This document shows, piece by piece, positions 10,334-19,416 of a DNA stretch of 32,000 nt. Both the position numbers and the translations under genes were made by a program. The notes beneath the pieces are model-generated. The model saw only the letters and a list, made by a program, of their open reading frames with translations. It made no database searches and had not been told where the DNA came from. Every line of letters begins with the position of its first letter. The stretch's first letter is position 1. The DNA comes from Vulcanisaeta distributa DSM 14429 (GTDB lineage Archaea > Thermoproteota > Thermoprotei > Thermoproteales > Thermocladiaceae): NCBI RefSeq assembly GCF_000148385.1, contig NC_014537.1:1440001-1472000 (forward strand). Direction: 5' to 3'.

Positions 10334-12388
10334 GTGATAAAACTTATAAAACCCTATAGCTTAATATTGCTTTGTATGTCGGTAACATGGGCTCTACCCT
10401 TTAAAGAGAAAATAATCCCCGAGCTTGGGAAGGAGAGGACTGTCGATCCTGAGGAGTACAGGAGAATTCATCAGGAGAGTCTTAAGGACATTGAGGCCTT
10501 TTGGTCAAATGTTGCCAGGGAGCTTGAGTGGTTTAAGCCCTGGGACAAAGTACTTGTCGCCGATCCACAGCCCCCGTTCTATAAGTGGTTTGTCGGTGGT
10601 AAGTTGAACGCATCATACCTAGCCCTGGATAGGCATGTTAAGGGTGGTAGGAAGAATAAGGTGGCCATTATTTGGGAGGGCGAGCCAGTTGATCAAAATG
10701 GTAATCCGCTTGAGGTTCGTAAACTCACGTATTATGACCTATGGCGCGAGGTCAATAGGCTCGCCTACGTGCTTAAGAATAAGTTCGGCCTTAAGAAGGG
10801 TGATACCATAGGCATTTACCTACCCATGATACCCGAGCTCCCAATAGCAATGCTCGCAGCCGCAAGGCTCGGCGTCATATTCACAGTGGTCTTCAGTGGA
10901 TTCACGGCGCAGGCCCTGGCTGATAGGCTTAATGATGCGGAGGCTAAGCTTGTGATAACGGCTGATGGCGGTTATAGGCGTGGTAGGGTAATTAGGCTCA
11001 AGGACATTGTTGATAAGGCCCTTGAGCAGTCACCTACAGTTAAGAACGTAATTGTCTACAGGAGGGTTGGTCTTAATGACGTTAACATGGTTAAGGGTAG
11101 GGATTACTGGTGGCATGAGTTAATGAGTGACGTACCAATGAATACTTATGTAGAGCCTGAGCCAGTGGAGAGTGAGCACCCATTATATATACTATACACG
11201 TCAGGCACTACGGGTAAGCCCAAGGGTATTGTTCACGACACGGGCGGATACATGGTGCTACTCCACGCAACCATGAAGTGGGTATTCGATGCCAGGGAGG
11301 ACGACATCCACTTCTGCACTGCGGACATTGGCTGGGTAACCGGGCATAGCTACATAGTATTTGGGCCGCTCCTTGAGGGCATGACGACTATAATGTATGA
11401 GGGTGCGCCTGACTACCCGAACCCGGACCGTTGGTGGGCGATTGTGGAGAGGTACGGAGCTACAATACTGTACACCAGCCCAACGGGTATAAGGACACTA
11501 ATGAGGTTTGGCGATGACTGGGTTAAGAAGCACGACCTCAGTACAATAAGGCTCATGCACTCAGTTGGTGAGCCAATAAACCCAGAGGCCTGGAGGTGGC
11601 TTTGGAAGTTGGCGGGTAGGGAGAAGGTGCCCTTTGGCTCCACCTGGTGGATGACAGAGACAGGGGGCATACTAATATCCCACGCACCGGGTCTCGCCCT
11701 GGTACCGCTTAAACCAGGTACCAATGGACCACCATTACCTGGCGTCGATGCGGACGTCGTTGATGATAATGGTAACCCGGTACAGCCAGGACAGAGGGGT
11801 TACCTCGTAATTAAGAGGCCCTGGCCAGGTATGCTATTGACAATTTGGAAGGACCCAGACAGGTATGTTAAGACTTATTGGAGTAAATTCCCTGGAATGT
11901 TCTACGCAGGTGATTACGCGGTTAAAGATGAGGACGGCTACTTATGGATACTCGGTAGGGCTGATGAGGTAATTAAGGTTGCAGGACACAGGCTCGGCAC
12001 GTACGAACTCGAGTCAGCATTAATACAACACCCGGCAGTGGCTGAGGCCGCCGTCGTTGGCGTACCAGACCAAGTTAAGGGTGAGGTTCCAGTGGCCTAC
12101 GTGGTCCTTAGACAGGGTTATCAGCCCTCTGAACAGTTGAAGGCTGAGTTGAATAATAAAGTTAGGGAGCTTGTAGGTCCAATAGCCACATTATCGAACA
12201 TATTCTTCGTGACTAAACTACCAAAGACCAGGAGTGGCAAGATAATGAGGAGGCTCGTTAAGGCCGTGGTCACGGGCCAACCACTGGGTGATGTGACGAC
12301 GCTTGAGGACGAGGCTAGTGTTGAGGAGGTTAAGAGGGCCTACGAGGAGTTTAAGGCTGAGTTGGAAAAACTTGGTAAGCAAGGGTGA
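10334..12388 (+). CDS. acs: Acetyl-CoA synthetase (AMP-forming); probable true start at 10376
   Basis: Contains YTSGTTGKPKG (AMP-binding motif), WWMTETGG, and the C-terminal LPKTRSGKIMRR. Confidence 0.93.
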   Translation: MIKLIKPYSLILLCMSVTWALPFKEKIIPELGKERTVDPEEYRRIHQESLKDIEAFWSNVARELEWFKPWDKVLVADPQPPFYKWFVGGKLNASYLALDRHVKGGRKNKVAIIWEGEPVDQNGNPLEVRKLTYYDLWREVNRLAYVLKNKFGLKKGDTIGIYLPMIPELPIAMLAAARLGVIFTVVFSGFTAQALADRLNDAEAKLVITADGGYRRGRVIRLKDIVDKALEQSPTVKNVIVYRRVGLNDVNMVKGRDYWWHELMSDVPMNTYVEPEPVESEHPLYILYTSGTTGKPKGIVHDTGGYMVLLHATMKWVFDAREDDIHFCTADIGWVTGHSYIVFGPLLEGMTTIMYEGAPDYPNPDRWWAIVERYGATILYTSPTGIRTLMRFGDDWVKKHDLSTIRLMHSVGEPINPEAWRWLWKLAGREKVPFGSTWWMTETGGILISHAPGLALVPLKPGTNGPPLPGVDADVVDDNGNPVQPGQRGYLVIKRPWPGMLLTIWKDPDRYVKTYWSKFPGMFYAGDYAVKDEDGYLWILGRADEVIKVAGHRLGTYELESALIQHPAVAEAAVVGVPDQVKGEVPVAYVVLRQGYQPSEQLKAELNNKVRELVGPIATLSNIFFVTKLPKTRSGKIMRRLVKAVVTGQPLGDVTTLEDEASVEEVKRAYEEFKAELEKLGKQG
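10344..10351 (+). promoter_or_regulatory. TATA box (ttataaaa) about 29 nt upstream of the likely true acs ATG at 10376
   Basis: This places the TATA box inside the ORF-track GTG-extended N-terminus (10334). That argues the real start is ATG 10376 (MSVTWALPFKEK...). Confidence 0.45.
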
Positions 12389-12392
12389 GTAA

Positions 12393-12959
12393 ATGCCTGA
12401 GAAAGCGGCCAACCCAGCACCACTTGGGCTCTCGGGCTTCGCATTAACTACGCTAGTCCTAAGTCTATTCAATGCACACATAATAACCGCGGGTTCAGAC
12501 GTTGTGGTCGGCCTAGCGGCGTTTTATGGAGGTTTGGCTCAAATAGTCGCGGGTTTATACGAATGGAGGAGTGGAAACACCTTCGGCTATGCCGCGTTCT
12601 TTACATATGGCGCGTTTTGGGAGTGGTACTTCATAACGGTGTTGCTCCTTGATATGCACACCATCTCCGTTACATCGGCCGCCATAAGCGCGGTTCTGGC
12701 TGCTTTCGGGATTTTCACATTCATTTTCTGGATATATACCTTCAGGCTTAATTGGGCGCTATGGCTAGTATTCCTAACGCTTTGGTTAACCTTCTTCCTA
12801 CTCGCCGCAGGCTTAACAATAGTGGGCGGCTACGTCGGCATAATAACAGCATTACTAGCCTGGTACACAGCATTCGCAATGGTGTATCAAGAGATATTTA
12901 ATAGGCCAGCACCGTTACTAAACTCACAGCCAATAAAGGCAAAGGCGGCAATGGCATAG
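12393..12959 (+). CDS. satP: GPR1/FUN34/YaaH-family acetate (succinate-acetate) channel
   Basis: Has the N-terminal signature [14 protein letters not shown] and 6 TM helices. It starts 4 nt after the acs stop. Confidence 0.85.
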   Translation: MPEKAANPAPLGLSGFALTTLVLSLFNAHIITAGSDVVVGLAAFYGGLAQIVAGLYEWRSGNTFGYAAFFTYGAFWEWYFITVLLLDMHTISVTSAAISAVLAAFGIFTFIFWIYTFRLNWALWLVFLTLWLTFFLLAAGLTIVGGYVGIITALLAWYTAFAMVYQEIFNRPAPLLNSQPIKAKAAMA

Positions 12960-13042
12960 ATAAGGTTAATTATAGTCTATTTATATTTAAAACAGTCATT
13001 TGTACATTTATATTTAATAACTTTTAACTAAATTATCTCTAA

Positions 13043-13789
13043 ACCATAGTATTAATAGATGGTGGTGAGTACTACTTCATGGGTGAGAAGGTTACTGAGG
13101 ATAGGATACCCTGGGTTAGGCAGCAGGTCGCCATGGTATTCCAAAATCCATATAGTTCACTTAACCCGAGACTATCCGTTAAGGAGATAATCTCAGAACC
13201 ACTTGGGTGTTTTGATGAGGATAGGGTTAGGGAGGCCATGGAGATGGTTGGCCTTAACTATAGGGAGCATGGCAATAAGAGACCTAGGGAGTTAAGTGGT
13301 GGTCAGGTCCAGAGGGTTGCTATTGCGAGGGCCATTGTTAAGAGGCCGAGGTTTATAGTCCTTGATGAACCAACCTCAGCTCTAAATGCGTCACTGCAGG
13401 CCCAGGTGCTTAACCTATTGATGGACCTTAAGGAGCAGTTGAAGCTGACTTATCTATTCATAACCCATAACATAGCCGTGGCGTATTACATATCTAATAG
13501 GGTCGCCATTATGTATGCGGGTAAGATAGTGGAGATGGGAGACGTAGATGAGGTATTCAAGAAGCCGATGCACCCATACACGCAGTTATTACTTAAGTCG
13601 GTGCCAACAATCGGCAAGAAGGAATTGGAGCCACCAACCGGTGAGGTGCCGAGCCTAGTTAATCCACCGCCTGGCTGTAGGTTCCACCCGAGATGCCCGT
13701 ACGTGATGAGTATTTGTAAGGAGAAGGAGCCGCAGTTGGTTATGGTCAATAATAGGCAGGTTGCCTGCTGGCTATATCAACAGCAGTAA
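13043..13789 (+). pseudogene. 5'-truncated oligopeptide/dipeptide ABC transporter ATPase (OppF/DppF-like) remnant
   Basis: It retains the Q-loop region MVFQNPYSSLNPR, the signature LSGGQVQRVAIARA, Walker B FIVLDEPTSALN, the H-loop ITHN, and the C-terminal Opp-type Cys cluster GCRFHPRCP. The roughly 60-70 aa N-terminus carrying Walker A is missing. Homology (IDGGEYYFMGEKV) runs back to an in-frame stop at 13040-13042. No partner permease or binding-protein genes are nearby. Confidence 0.75.
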
Positions 13790-13842
13790 TACCTCTTAAT
13801 TTATCCCTACCCAGTTTTATTCAGGGTTGCCGGTTTATAAGC

Positions 13843-14631
13843 GTGCAGGAGGTAAAGGTAAATGTGGTTAACATAATTAAACCAAGGGTTGAACTCGTAC
13901 TCACCTGGGGTAGTGAGGAGCTTGTCACTGCAATGACCGACGTTGTTTATAGGGCCTACTCAATCGAGGATGCGCTAAAGAGAGTTAGGGAGAAGCCCGA
14001 GTTGGTTGTTAGGAGGATAACGGGCTTCCTTAGGGATGGGCACCACAGCGTCCTTGAGTTTATGGGTGCGAGCTGGCTTGTTGAGGGTAGTAGGGCATTC
14101 ACGCATGAACTCGTTAGGCATAGGATAGCGAGTTACTGGCAGGAGAGTCAGAGGTACGTGGACTACACCAAGGGGCAGCTACGCTACGTACTACCACCAG
14201 GCCTAGCCAGCCAGTGGGCCGGCCACCTGGATGGTGTATCGCAGGCCTATGTGAAGGCTAGGGAGGGCTTCGCACCCGAGGACGCCAGGTACTTGCTCCC
14301 AAATGCCATGGCAAGTAGGGTTTGGGTTCAGATGAATGCGAGGGAGTTCTTCCTGAACTTCATACCGCTTAGGACGGGCTTGGGCGCCTTCCACGAGATT
14401 AGGCTCATTGCCTGGCTCATGTTCGACACATTGATTGATAAATTCCCAATAATCGCCAGGTGGGTGTGGGACAACCTACCCAAGCTACACCCAGACTACT
14501 GCAGGGGCATTGATAAGCTTGACAGCGCCTACGGAACAAGCGACTGCAGGATAGTGAGCATAAAGGACGCCTTCAACAAGTGGGGGATGGAGATCCCAAG
14601 GAGAATCACCGAACTCATCACTCACTCTTAA
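13843..14631 (+). CDS. thyX: FAD-dependent thymidylate synthase
   Basis: Contains the ThyX motif RHRIASYWQESQRY. GTG start. Confidence 0.9.
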   Translation: MQEVKVNVVNIIKPRVELVLTWGSEELVTAMTDVVYRAYSIEDALKRVREKPELVVRRITGFLRDGHHSVLEFMGASWLVEGSRAFTHELVRHRIASYWQESQRYVDYTKGQLRYVLPPGLASQWAGHLDGVSQAYVKAREGFAPEDARYLLPNAMASRVWVQMNAREFFLNFIPLRTGLGAFHEIRLIAWLMFDTLIDKFPIIARWVWDNLPKLHPDYCRGIDKLDSAYGTSDCRIVSIKDAFNKWGMEIPRRITELITHS

Positions 14632-16087
14632 TGAATGGTGTTATCATCGGTCTCGCAAATCCAGGGACTTGGTTAATCAGGGACCTAGGCAGTGGCTTGA
14701 ATATGTAGAGGGCCGCGATCAACACGGCTATGTTTATTAACTGTATTAATGGCCAGGTGATTGGCAGGTCGGAGATCAGTAACGTGCAGGAGGAGATCAG
14801 GGTCAGTACCAGGGATAAGCCAATAACCAAAACATCAATGCTTCGAATGCTCCACCGCTCACTAAACCAGAAGACCACTAAAGTTAATGCATATATTAAG
14901 TAATTACTGGCTATGGCCATGTAAATACCGAGGGAGTGAAAGAGTACGTATGCGAGTATGCCAAGGCCCAGGCCGGCGATGTTTGCGATTAATGCATACC
15001 AACCCCTACCAACGACCCAGTAGTAGGATGTGTATATATTGACTATGACGGCCAACGGCGTGTAACCGAGCAGTACCGAGGCGTAGGGTATTGACTTAAC
15101 ATACCCACCACTAATAATCCCTATGGTCGGCAGAATAGGCAGGGCAAGGACTATTAGCTGGGCGAGGAGGGATGCGGCTATGAAGGATGGTATTGCGTAG
15201 TCACGGAAAGTCCTACTAACGTCAATACCAATACCGAGCCCTTGGGACAACCTACTATTCATCACGGTGGATACGGCAGGGCCCAAGGCAGTTACGGCAT
15301 TAGCAATTGCGGATGCTAATCCATATATACCCGTGAATTCAGGGCCAAGGTATACATAGACAAGGTACATCAGTAAGTTATAGCTTAAGGTACCCATGTA
15401 GCCTAGTAACCACGATTGAAAACCAAACTCAAGAAACCCCTTTATCCTATTTTTCACGACGCCAACCCCAGCCAGTGGATCGGCAATGCCCCTAACAATA
15501 CCCAGGTAGTAAATGAACTGCGCCAGGGAGCCCAGGAACACGGATATGGCTAACGCATAGACGTTACGCATTATGATTATTAATAGTACTTGCATTACTC
15601 TCATGGCAAGTATGTTGATCGTCAAGCCCATGCCTTGAGACGCAACCCTACCCACTAACCATAGGTAGAGACCCAGGGCGCCCGCGATTGATTGAATGAA
15701 AACAACGCCCACGTATATATATGCCGTACCGAGCATCCACCTGGGTATACCATTACCAATGTAGAATGGCGTTGCCAACGCAATTAGTAGTCCGTAAATC
15801 ACGGCCATGATCAATGACATGAAGACCATGGCGGAGAAGTAAGGCTTAACGTCACCACCTCTGGCATACTCAATGGCGCCCTCCCTGGCAATGGCGCCCG
15901 ATATGCCGGGTATCGGTATTAAGGCACCTATTGAGTTTATTATGGCAAAGAGCGCGTTGTAGTATCCGTACTGCGTCAGTGGTATGTACCTGGTTAAGAC
16001 AACTATGTACGCAATGGCTAATGCGTAATTAGCCGCGGTAGGTAGGTAATTCAATACGACAGCTAAAACCGTGTTTTCCCTAACCAT
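14618..16087 (-). CDS. MOP-superfamily (Wzx-like) oligosaccharide/polysaccharide flippase
   Basis: 489 aa with about 14 TM helices and a Polysacc_synt-like layout. It sits next to sugar-nucleotide genes. Confidence 0.65.
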   Translation of the reverse strand: MVRENTVLAVVLNYLPTAANYALAIAYIVVLTRYIPLTQYGYYNALFAIINSIGALIPIPGISGAIAREGAIEYARGGDVKPYFSAMVFMSLIMAVIYGLLIALATPFYIGNGIPRWMLGTAYIYVGVVFIQSIAGALGLYLWLVGRVASQGMGLTINILAMRVMQVLLIIIMRNVYALAISVFLGSLAQFIYYLGIVRGIADPLAGVGVVKNRIKGFLEFGFQSWLLGYMGTLSYNLLMYLVYVYLGPEFTGIYGLASAIANAVTALGPAVSTVMNSRLSQGLGIGIDVSRTFRDYAIPSFIAASLLAQLIVLALPILPTIGIISGGYVKSIPYASVLLGYTPLAVIVNIYTSYYWVVGRGWYALIANIAGLGLGILAYVLFHSLGIYMAIASNYLIYALTLVVFWFSERWSIRSIDVLVIGLSLVLTLISSCTLLISDLPITWPLIQLINIAVLIAALYIFKPLPRSLINQVPGFARPMITPFIKSE

Positions 16088-16150
16088 TCACGAGAGTGCC
16101 ATTACTAACATTATTAAATATTAAGTATTATGCATGTATTAGTTTAAACC

Positions 16151-16158
16151 TTATAAAA
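16151..16158 (+). promoter_or_regulatory. TATA box (ttataaaa) 26 nt upstream of the ATG at 16181
   Basis: The same octamer occurs upstream of acs, at canonical leaderless spacing. Confidence 0.45.
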
Positions 16159-16180
16159 TCATTTTTGACACAGAGTATTA

Positions 16181-17248
16181 ATGTCAGTGAGTGGTGTCGT
16201 ACTTGTCGCTGGTGAAGGGACGAGGCTTAGGCCATTAACGTATACATTGCCAAAGCCATTAATACCAATAATGGGTAGGCCCCTGGTCACGAGGATAATA
16301 GAAGAGCTAATGGGTAATGGTATTAACAACATACATGTGGTTGTTGGTCACCTCGGCTTTCTATTTAAGCAGGTGCTTGGTGATGGGTCGGGTTTAGGCG
16401 TGAATATTAGGTATGTTGAGCAGAGGGAGAGGCTTGGTATTGCCCACGCGATACATAGGGCTGTTGAGGATGGGGCGGTCGGCGAATTAGTAGTTCACCT
16501 TGGCGATAACTACTTCGGCGAAGGGTTAGGTAGGTTCATTCGTGAGTTTAGGGAGGGGGATTACGACGTGTACGTTGTCCTAACAAGGCATAGGGACCCC
16601 ACTAGGTTTGGTAATGCCGTGATTAAGGATGGCAGGATAGTGAAACTCATTGAGAAGCCCAGGGAACCACCGCCAAATAGCTTCGTAATGACCGGGATAT
16701 ACATGTTCAGGGATTCCCACGACGTAGAGAGGGCTTTCAGCACGCTTAAGCCATCGGCTAGGGGTGAGTATGAGATAACAGACTTGATCCAGTGGTTCAT
16801 TGATAATGGCAGGAGGGTGGGTTACTCAATAACCAATAGTTGGTGGAAGGACATGGGGACTCCTCAGGACATACTTGACCTACTTTACCTAATGCTTGAT
16901 GAGGTCAAGCCAAGGATTGAGGGTGAGGTTAGGGGTGAGGTTAATGGCAGGGTTGTTGTGGAGCGCGGGGCGGTGATTGAGGGTAGGGTCCACGGACCAG
17001 CCTACATAGGTAAGGGCTCAATGGTTGGTAAGGACACCGTGATTGAGCACTACGTCGATATTGAATCAAACGTATCAATAAACGGCGGTAGTTTGAGCAG
17101 GTCACTGGTGCTCAGTGATGCATCGCTTGAGTTGGGTAGGGCTAGGCTCGTTGATAGTATTATTGGTCCTAAATCAAGGGTTAGGCTTAGCGGTGGTAAT
17201 TATAGTTTAATACTTGGTGAGGGTAACAGTATAATCAGCATTGCTTAA
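16181..17248 (+). CDS. Sugar-1-phosphate nucleotidyltransferase with a C-terminal left-handed beta-helix domain (RmlA/GlmU-like)
   Basis: N-terminal VLVAGEGTRLRPLTYTLPKPLIPI, with hexapeptide-repeat-like sequence in the C-terminal third. Confidence 0.85.
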   Translation: MSVSGVVLVAGEGTRLRPLTYTLPKPLIPIMGRPLVTRIIEELMGNGINNIHVVVGHLGFLFKQVLGDGSGLGVNIRYVEQRERLGIAHAIHRAVEDGAVGELVVHLGDNYFGEGLGRFIREFREGDYDVYVVLTRHRDPTRFGNAVIKDGRIVKLIEKPREPPPNSFVMTGIYMFRDSHDVERAFSTLKPSARGEYEITDLIQWFIDNGRRVGYSITNSWWKDMGTPQDILDLLYLMLDEVKPRIEGEVRGEVNGRVVVERGAVIEGRVHGPAYIGKGSMVGKDTVIEHYVDIESNVSINGGSLSRSLVLSDASLELGRARLVDSIIGPKSRVRLSGGNYSLILGEGNSIISIA

Positions 17249-18258
17249 TAACTATCCAGCAACTTTGGATTCTGCTCAAGGAGCTTCTTATACCACCTAA
17301 CAGTGAACCACCTATCCTCAGGCCTTAGGTGGCCGGTGAGTAATTCGTGGTATACCTGCTTAACACCATCATCCACATTATAAAGCACGGAGAAGTTCAG
17401 CACCTCCCTAATACGCTTAAAGCTAACTCTATAACTCCTGGCATCAACCATACCCCTAAACCTAACCTCACCACCAACGATGCCCTGCACAATCCTAGCC
17501 ATGTCAATAACTCTAAAGTTCTGCTCATCAGAGCCAACATTAAATACCATGCCATTAACCCTATCACTCGGTGCCTCAAGCACGGTATTAATGGCCCTAA
17601 CGACATCCATAACATGGACGAGAGGCCTCTCCTGCATGCCATCACCCTCAACGTAGATGACCCCCTCCGTGAATGCCGATAACGTCATGGCATTTATCAC
17701 CAGGTCAAACCTCATCCTAATCGATGGCCCGTAGACGGTGGCAAACCTCAATGCAGTCACAGTAAACCTATTACTTGCCAGGGGAAGCACATCCTTCTCA
17801 GCCAATAGGTTAGCCTTGGCGTAGGTCGTTAATGGGTTTGGCTCGGTATTCTCATCAGCAATACCACTCTGCCTACCATAGACACTACAGCTTGAGGCGA
17901 GTACGTACCTAGAGACCCCAACCTCACTGGCAAGCTTAGCCAACCTAGCCCTAGCCCTATAATTAATGTCGAGCGTCCACTGAGGATTCAACTCGCCAGC
18001 AGGGTCATTAGACAATGCCGCAAGATCCACAACAGCGTCAATGCCGTTAAGTACGTCCTTACTTATTGACCTGGTATCGGCTTTAACGAGTTCGAAGTTC
18101 CTCTCACCAATTACGTGCTTAAGCACATCATCGCCAAAAAACAACCTATCAACGCACCTAACGCCATAACCCTTCCTAAGTAGGTATGGCGTTAATAACG
18201 TGCCTATATAACCACCACACCCAGTGATCAGGACCTTCATGTTAATATTAACGTTCAC
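17245..18258 (-). CDS. NAD-dependent nucleoside-diphosphate-sugar epimerase/dehydratase (extended SDR)
   Basis: Rossmann motif VLITGCGGYIGT. 337 aa. Confidence 0.85.
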   Translation of the reverse strand: MNVNINMKVLITGCGGYIGTLLTPYLLRKGYGVRCVDRLFFGDDVLKHVIGERNFELVKADTRSISKDVLNGIDAVVDLAALSNDPAGELNPQWTLDINYRARARLAKLASEVGVSRYVLASSCSVYGRQSGIADENTEPNPLTTYAKANLLAEKDVLPLASNRFTVTALRFATVYGPSIRMRFDLVINAMTLSAFTEGVIYVEGDGMQERPLVHVMDVVRAINTVLEAPSDRVNGMVFNVGSDEQNFRVIDMARIVQGIVGGEVRFRGMVDARSYRVSFKRIREVLNFSVLYNVDDGVKQVYHELLTGHLRPEDRWFTVRWYKKLLEQNPKLLDSY

Positions 18259-18334
18259 ATTTTACTTTTAAGGATTTTCCAAGACGGGATTAGCAATCCA
18301 CATTATGTATATGCGCTTGATAGCGTGATAAGGT

Positions 18335-18346
18335 ATTTATATTTAA
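18335..18346 (+). promoter_or_regulatory. TATA-like 12-mer ATTTATATTTAA upstream of the coiled-coil gene
   Basis: Lies 29-40 nt upstream of the TTG start at 18375. The identical 12-mer also occurs at 12979 and 13006. Confidence 0.4.
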
Positions 18347-18374
18347 TATATCACCACATAATGAGGTGTAGGCT

Positions 18375-19205
18375 TTGGTTGATGTTATTACGATAATCGC
18401 GGTGATAGTGAGCGTAGCATCATCAACGGCATCCCTAGCCTACTGGCTCGGCGGGAGGTTCACGGAGATAGAGTCCAGGTTTGGTCATGTTGATTCAAGG
18501 CTTGGTCAAATCGAGGATAGATTTAATAAAATTGAGAATAGATTTGATAAAATCGAGAATAGGATTAATGTAATCGAAGGTAGAATTAATGGAGTTGAGG
18601 AGAGGGTTAATAGAATTGAGGAAAGGATTGGTAAGGTCGAGGAGAGAATTATTAACATTGAGAATAGAATTGAAAAGATCGAGAACGGACTTAGTGGGAT
18701 TGAGGATAGAGTTAGTAAAATTGAGGACAGAATTAATAGAATTGAAGATAGAATTAATAAGATTGAGGATAGGATCAGTAACATTGAGAATAGAATTAGC
18801 GGAGTGGAAAATAGGATTAATAGTCTTGAGATTAGGATTGAAAGACTTGAAAACGCGTTCAAGCAGTTCTCCGAGGTTCTCATAACGGCATTGGAATCCA
18901 AGGGCATATTTACATCGACGGAGGCCCTGACCCTCAGGAGCATGGTGAAGACACTGCTGCCGGTGCCAAGGACTAAGTACTACACGTGGGAGGTCTATGA
19001 GAGGCTCAGGCAGTTGCTTGATAAGGACCCAAATGAATACACTATGGCCGATATTGAGCAATTGAATGATATCGCAGATTTAATAGAGAAGGAGGGCTTT
19101 GAAGCAAATAGGAGGGACCTAATAGAGTACGCCTGGAAACTCAGGTACTACGCAATGGTCGCCAAGGTGGTCTTCGTATACCCAAAGCTAAGACAACAAA
19201 AATAA
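18375..19205 (+). CDS. Membrane-anchored coiled-coil protein: N-terminal TM helix, 19 perfect heptads, and a roughly 110-aa C-terminal helical domain
   Basis: The TM helix is VDVITIIAVIVSVASSTASLAYWLGG. From residue 32 the sequence runs IESRFGH VDSRLGQ IEDRFNK IENRFDK IENRINV ... LENAFKQ without a stutter. Confidence 0.7.
   Translation: MVDVITIIAVIVSVASSTASLAYWLGGRFTEIESRFGHVDSRLGQIEDRFNKIENRFDKIENRINVIEGRINGVEERVNRIEERIGKVEERIINIENRIEKIENGLSGIEDRVSKIEDRINRIEDRINKIEDRISNIENRISGVENRINSLEIRIERLENAFKQFSEVLITALESKGIFTSTEALTLRSMVKTLLPVPRTKYYTWEVYERLRQLLDKDPNEYTMADIEQLNDIADLIEKEGFEANRRDLIEYAWKLRYYAMVAKVVFVYPKLRQQK
18468..18866 (+). repeat. 21-bp-periodic coding tandem repeat (19 units) encoding the IExRIxx heptads
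   Basis: Examples of the repeated units are attgaggatagaattaataga, attgaagatagaattaataag and attgaggataggatcagtaac. The repeat also generates stop-free spurious ORFs in other frames and on the opposite strand. Confidence 0.85.
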
Positions 19206-19378
19206 TGATGCACCAACCCCGGTGCTAAACCCCACCATTAACCTTCAAGTTCTCATCATTAGTTTTAACCACGAGGTCACTAAAACGCCCCATACGGCAG
19301 TTTTCGACACATACTGACAAGAGACTCAAGTGCTAATTTAAACTGGACGTGAGCACACCAAACATCAGCTCAAGTAAG

Positions 19379-19385
19379 TATTTAA
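19379..19385 (+). promoter_or_regulatory. TATA-like box (tatttaa) of the PaREP1 gene
   Basis: Lies 32-38 nt upstream of the GTG at 19417. A homologous gtttaag precedes the PaREP1 relic at 21254. Confidence 0.4.
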
Positions 19386-19396
19386 GGGGGGGGGGG
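19386..19396 (+). repeat. G11 mononucleotide tract between the TATA box and the PaREP1 start codon
   Basis: Direct count gives g at every position from 19386 to 19396. Confidence 0.95.
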
Positions 19397-19416
19397 ATTA
19401 ATACTAATCCTGAACT

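Noticed and set aside
18495-19061. Long ORFs at 18495-19061 (-), 18506-18943 (-) and 18589-18885 (+) overlapping the coiled-coil gene
   Set aside because: They are artefacts of the 21-bp tandem repeat, which lacks stops in several frames. Only the + frame from 18375 yields a TM helix followed by amphipathic heptads.
19203-19260. Hairpin GCACC-aacccc-GGTGC (19210-19225) and an outer 8-bp pairing taatgatg/catcatta after the coiled-coil gene stop
   Set aside because: The stems are short, and archaeal termination does not require hairpins. This could be chance, so I did not call it a feature.
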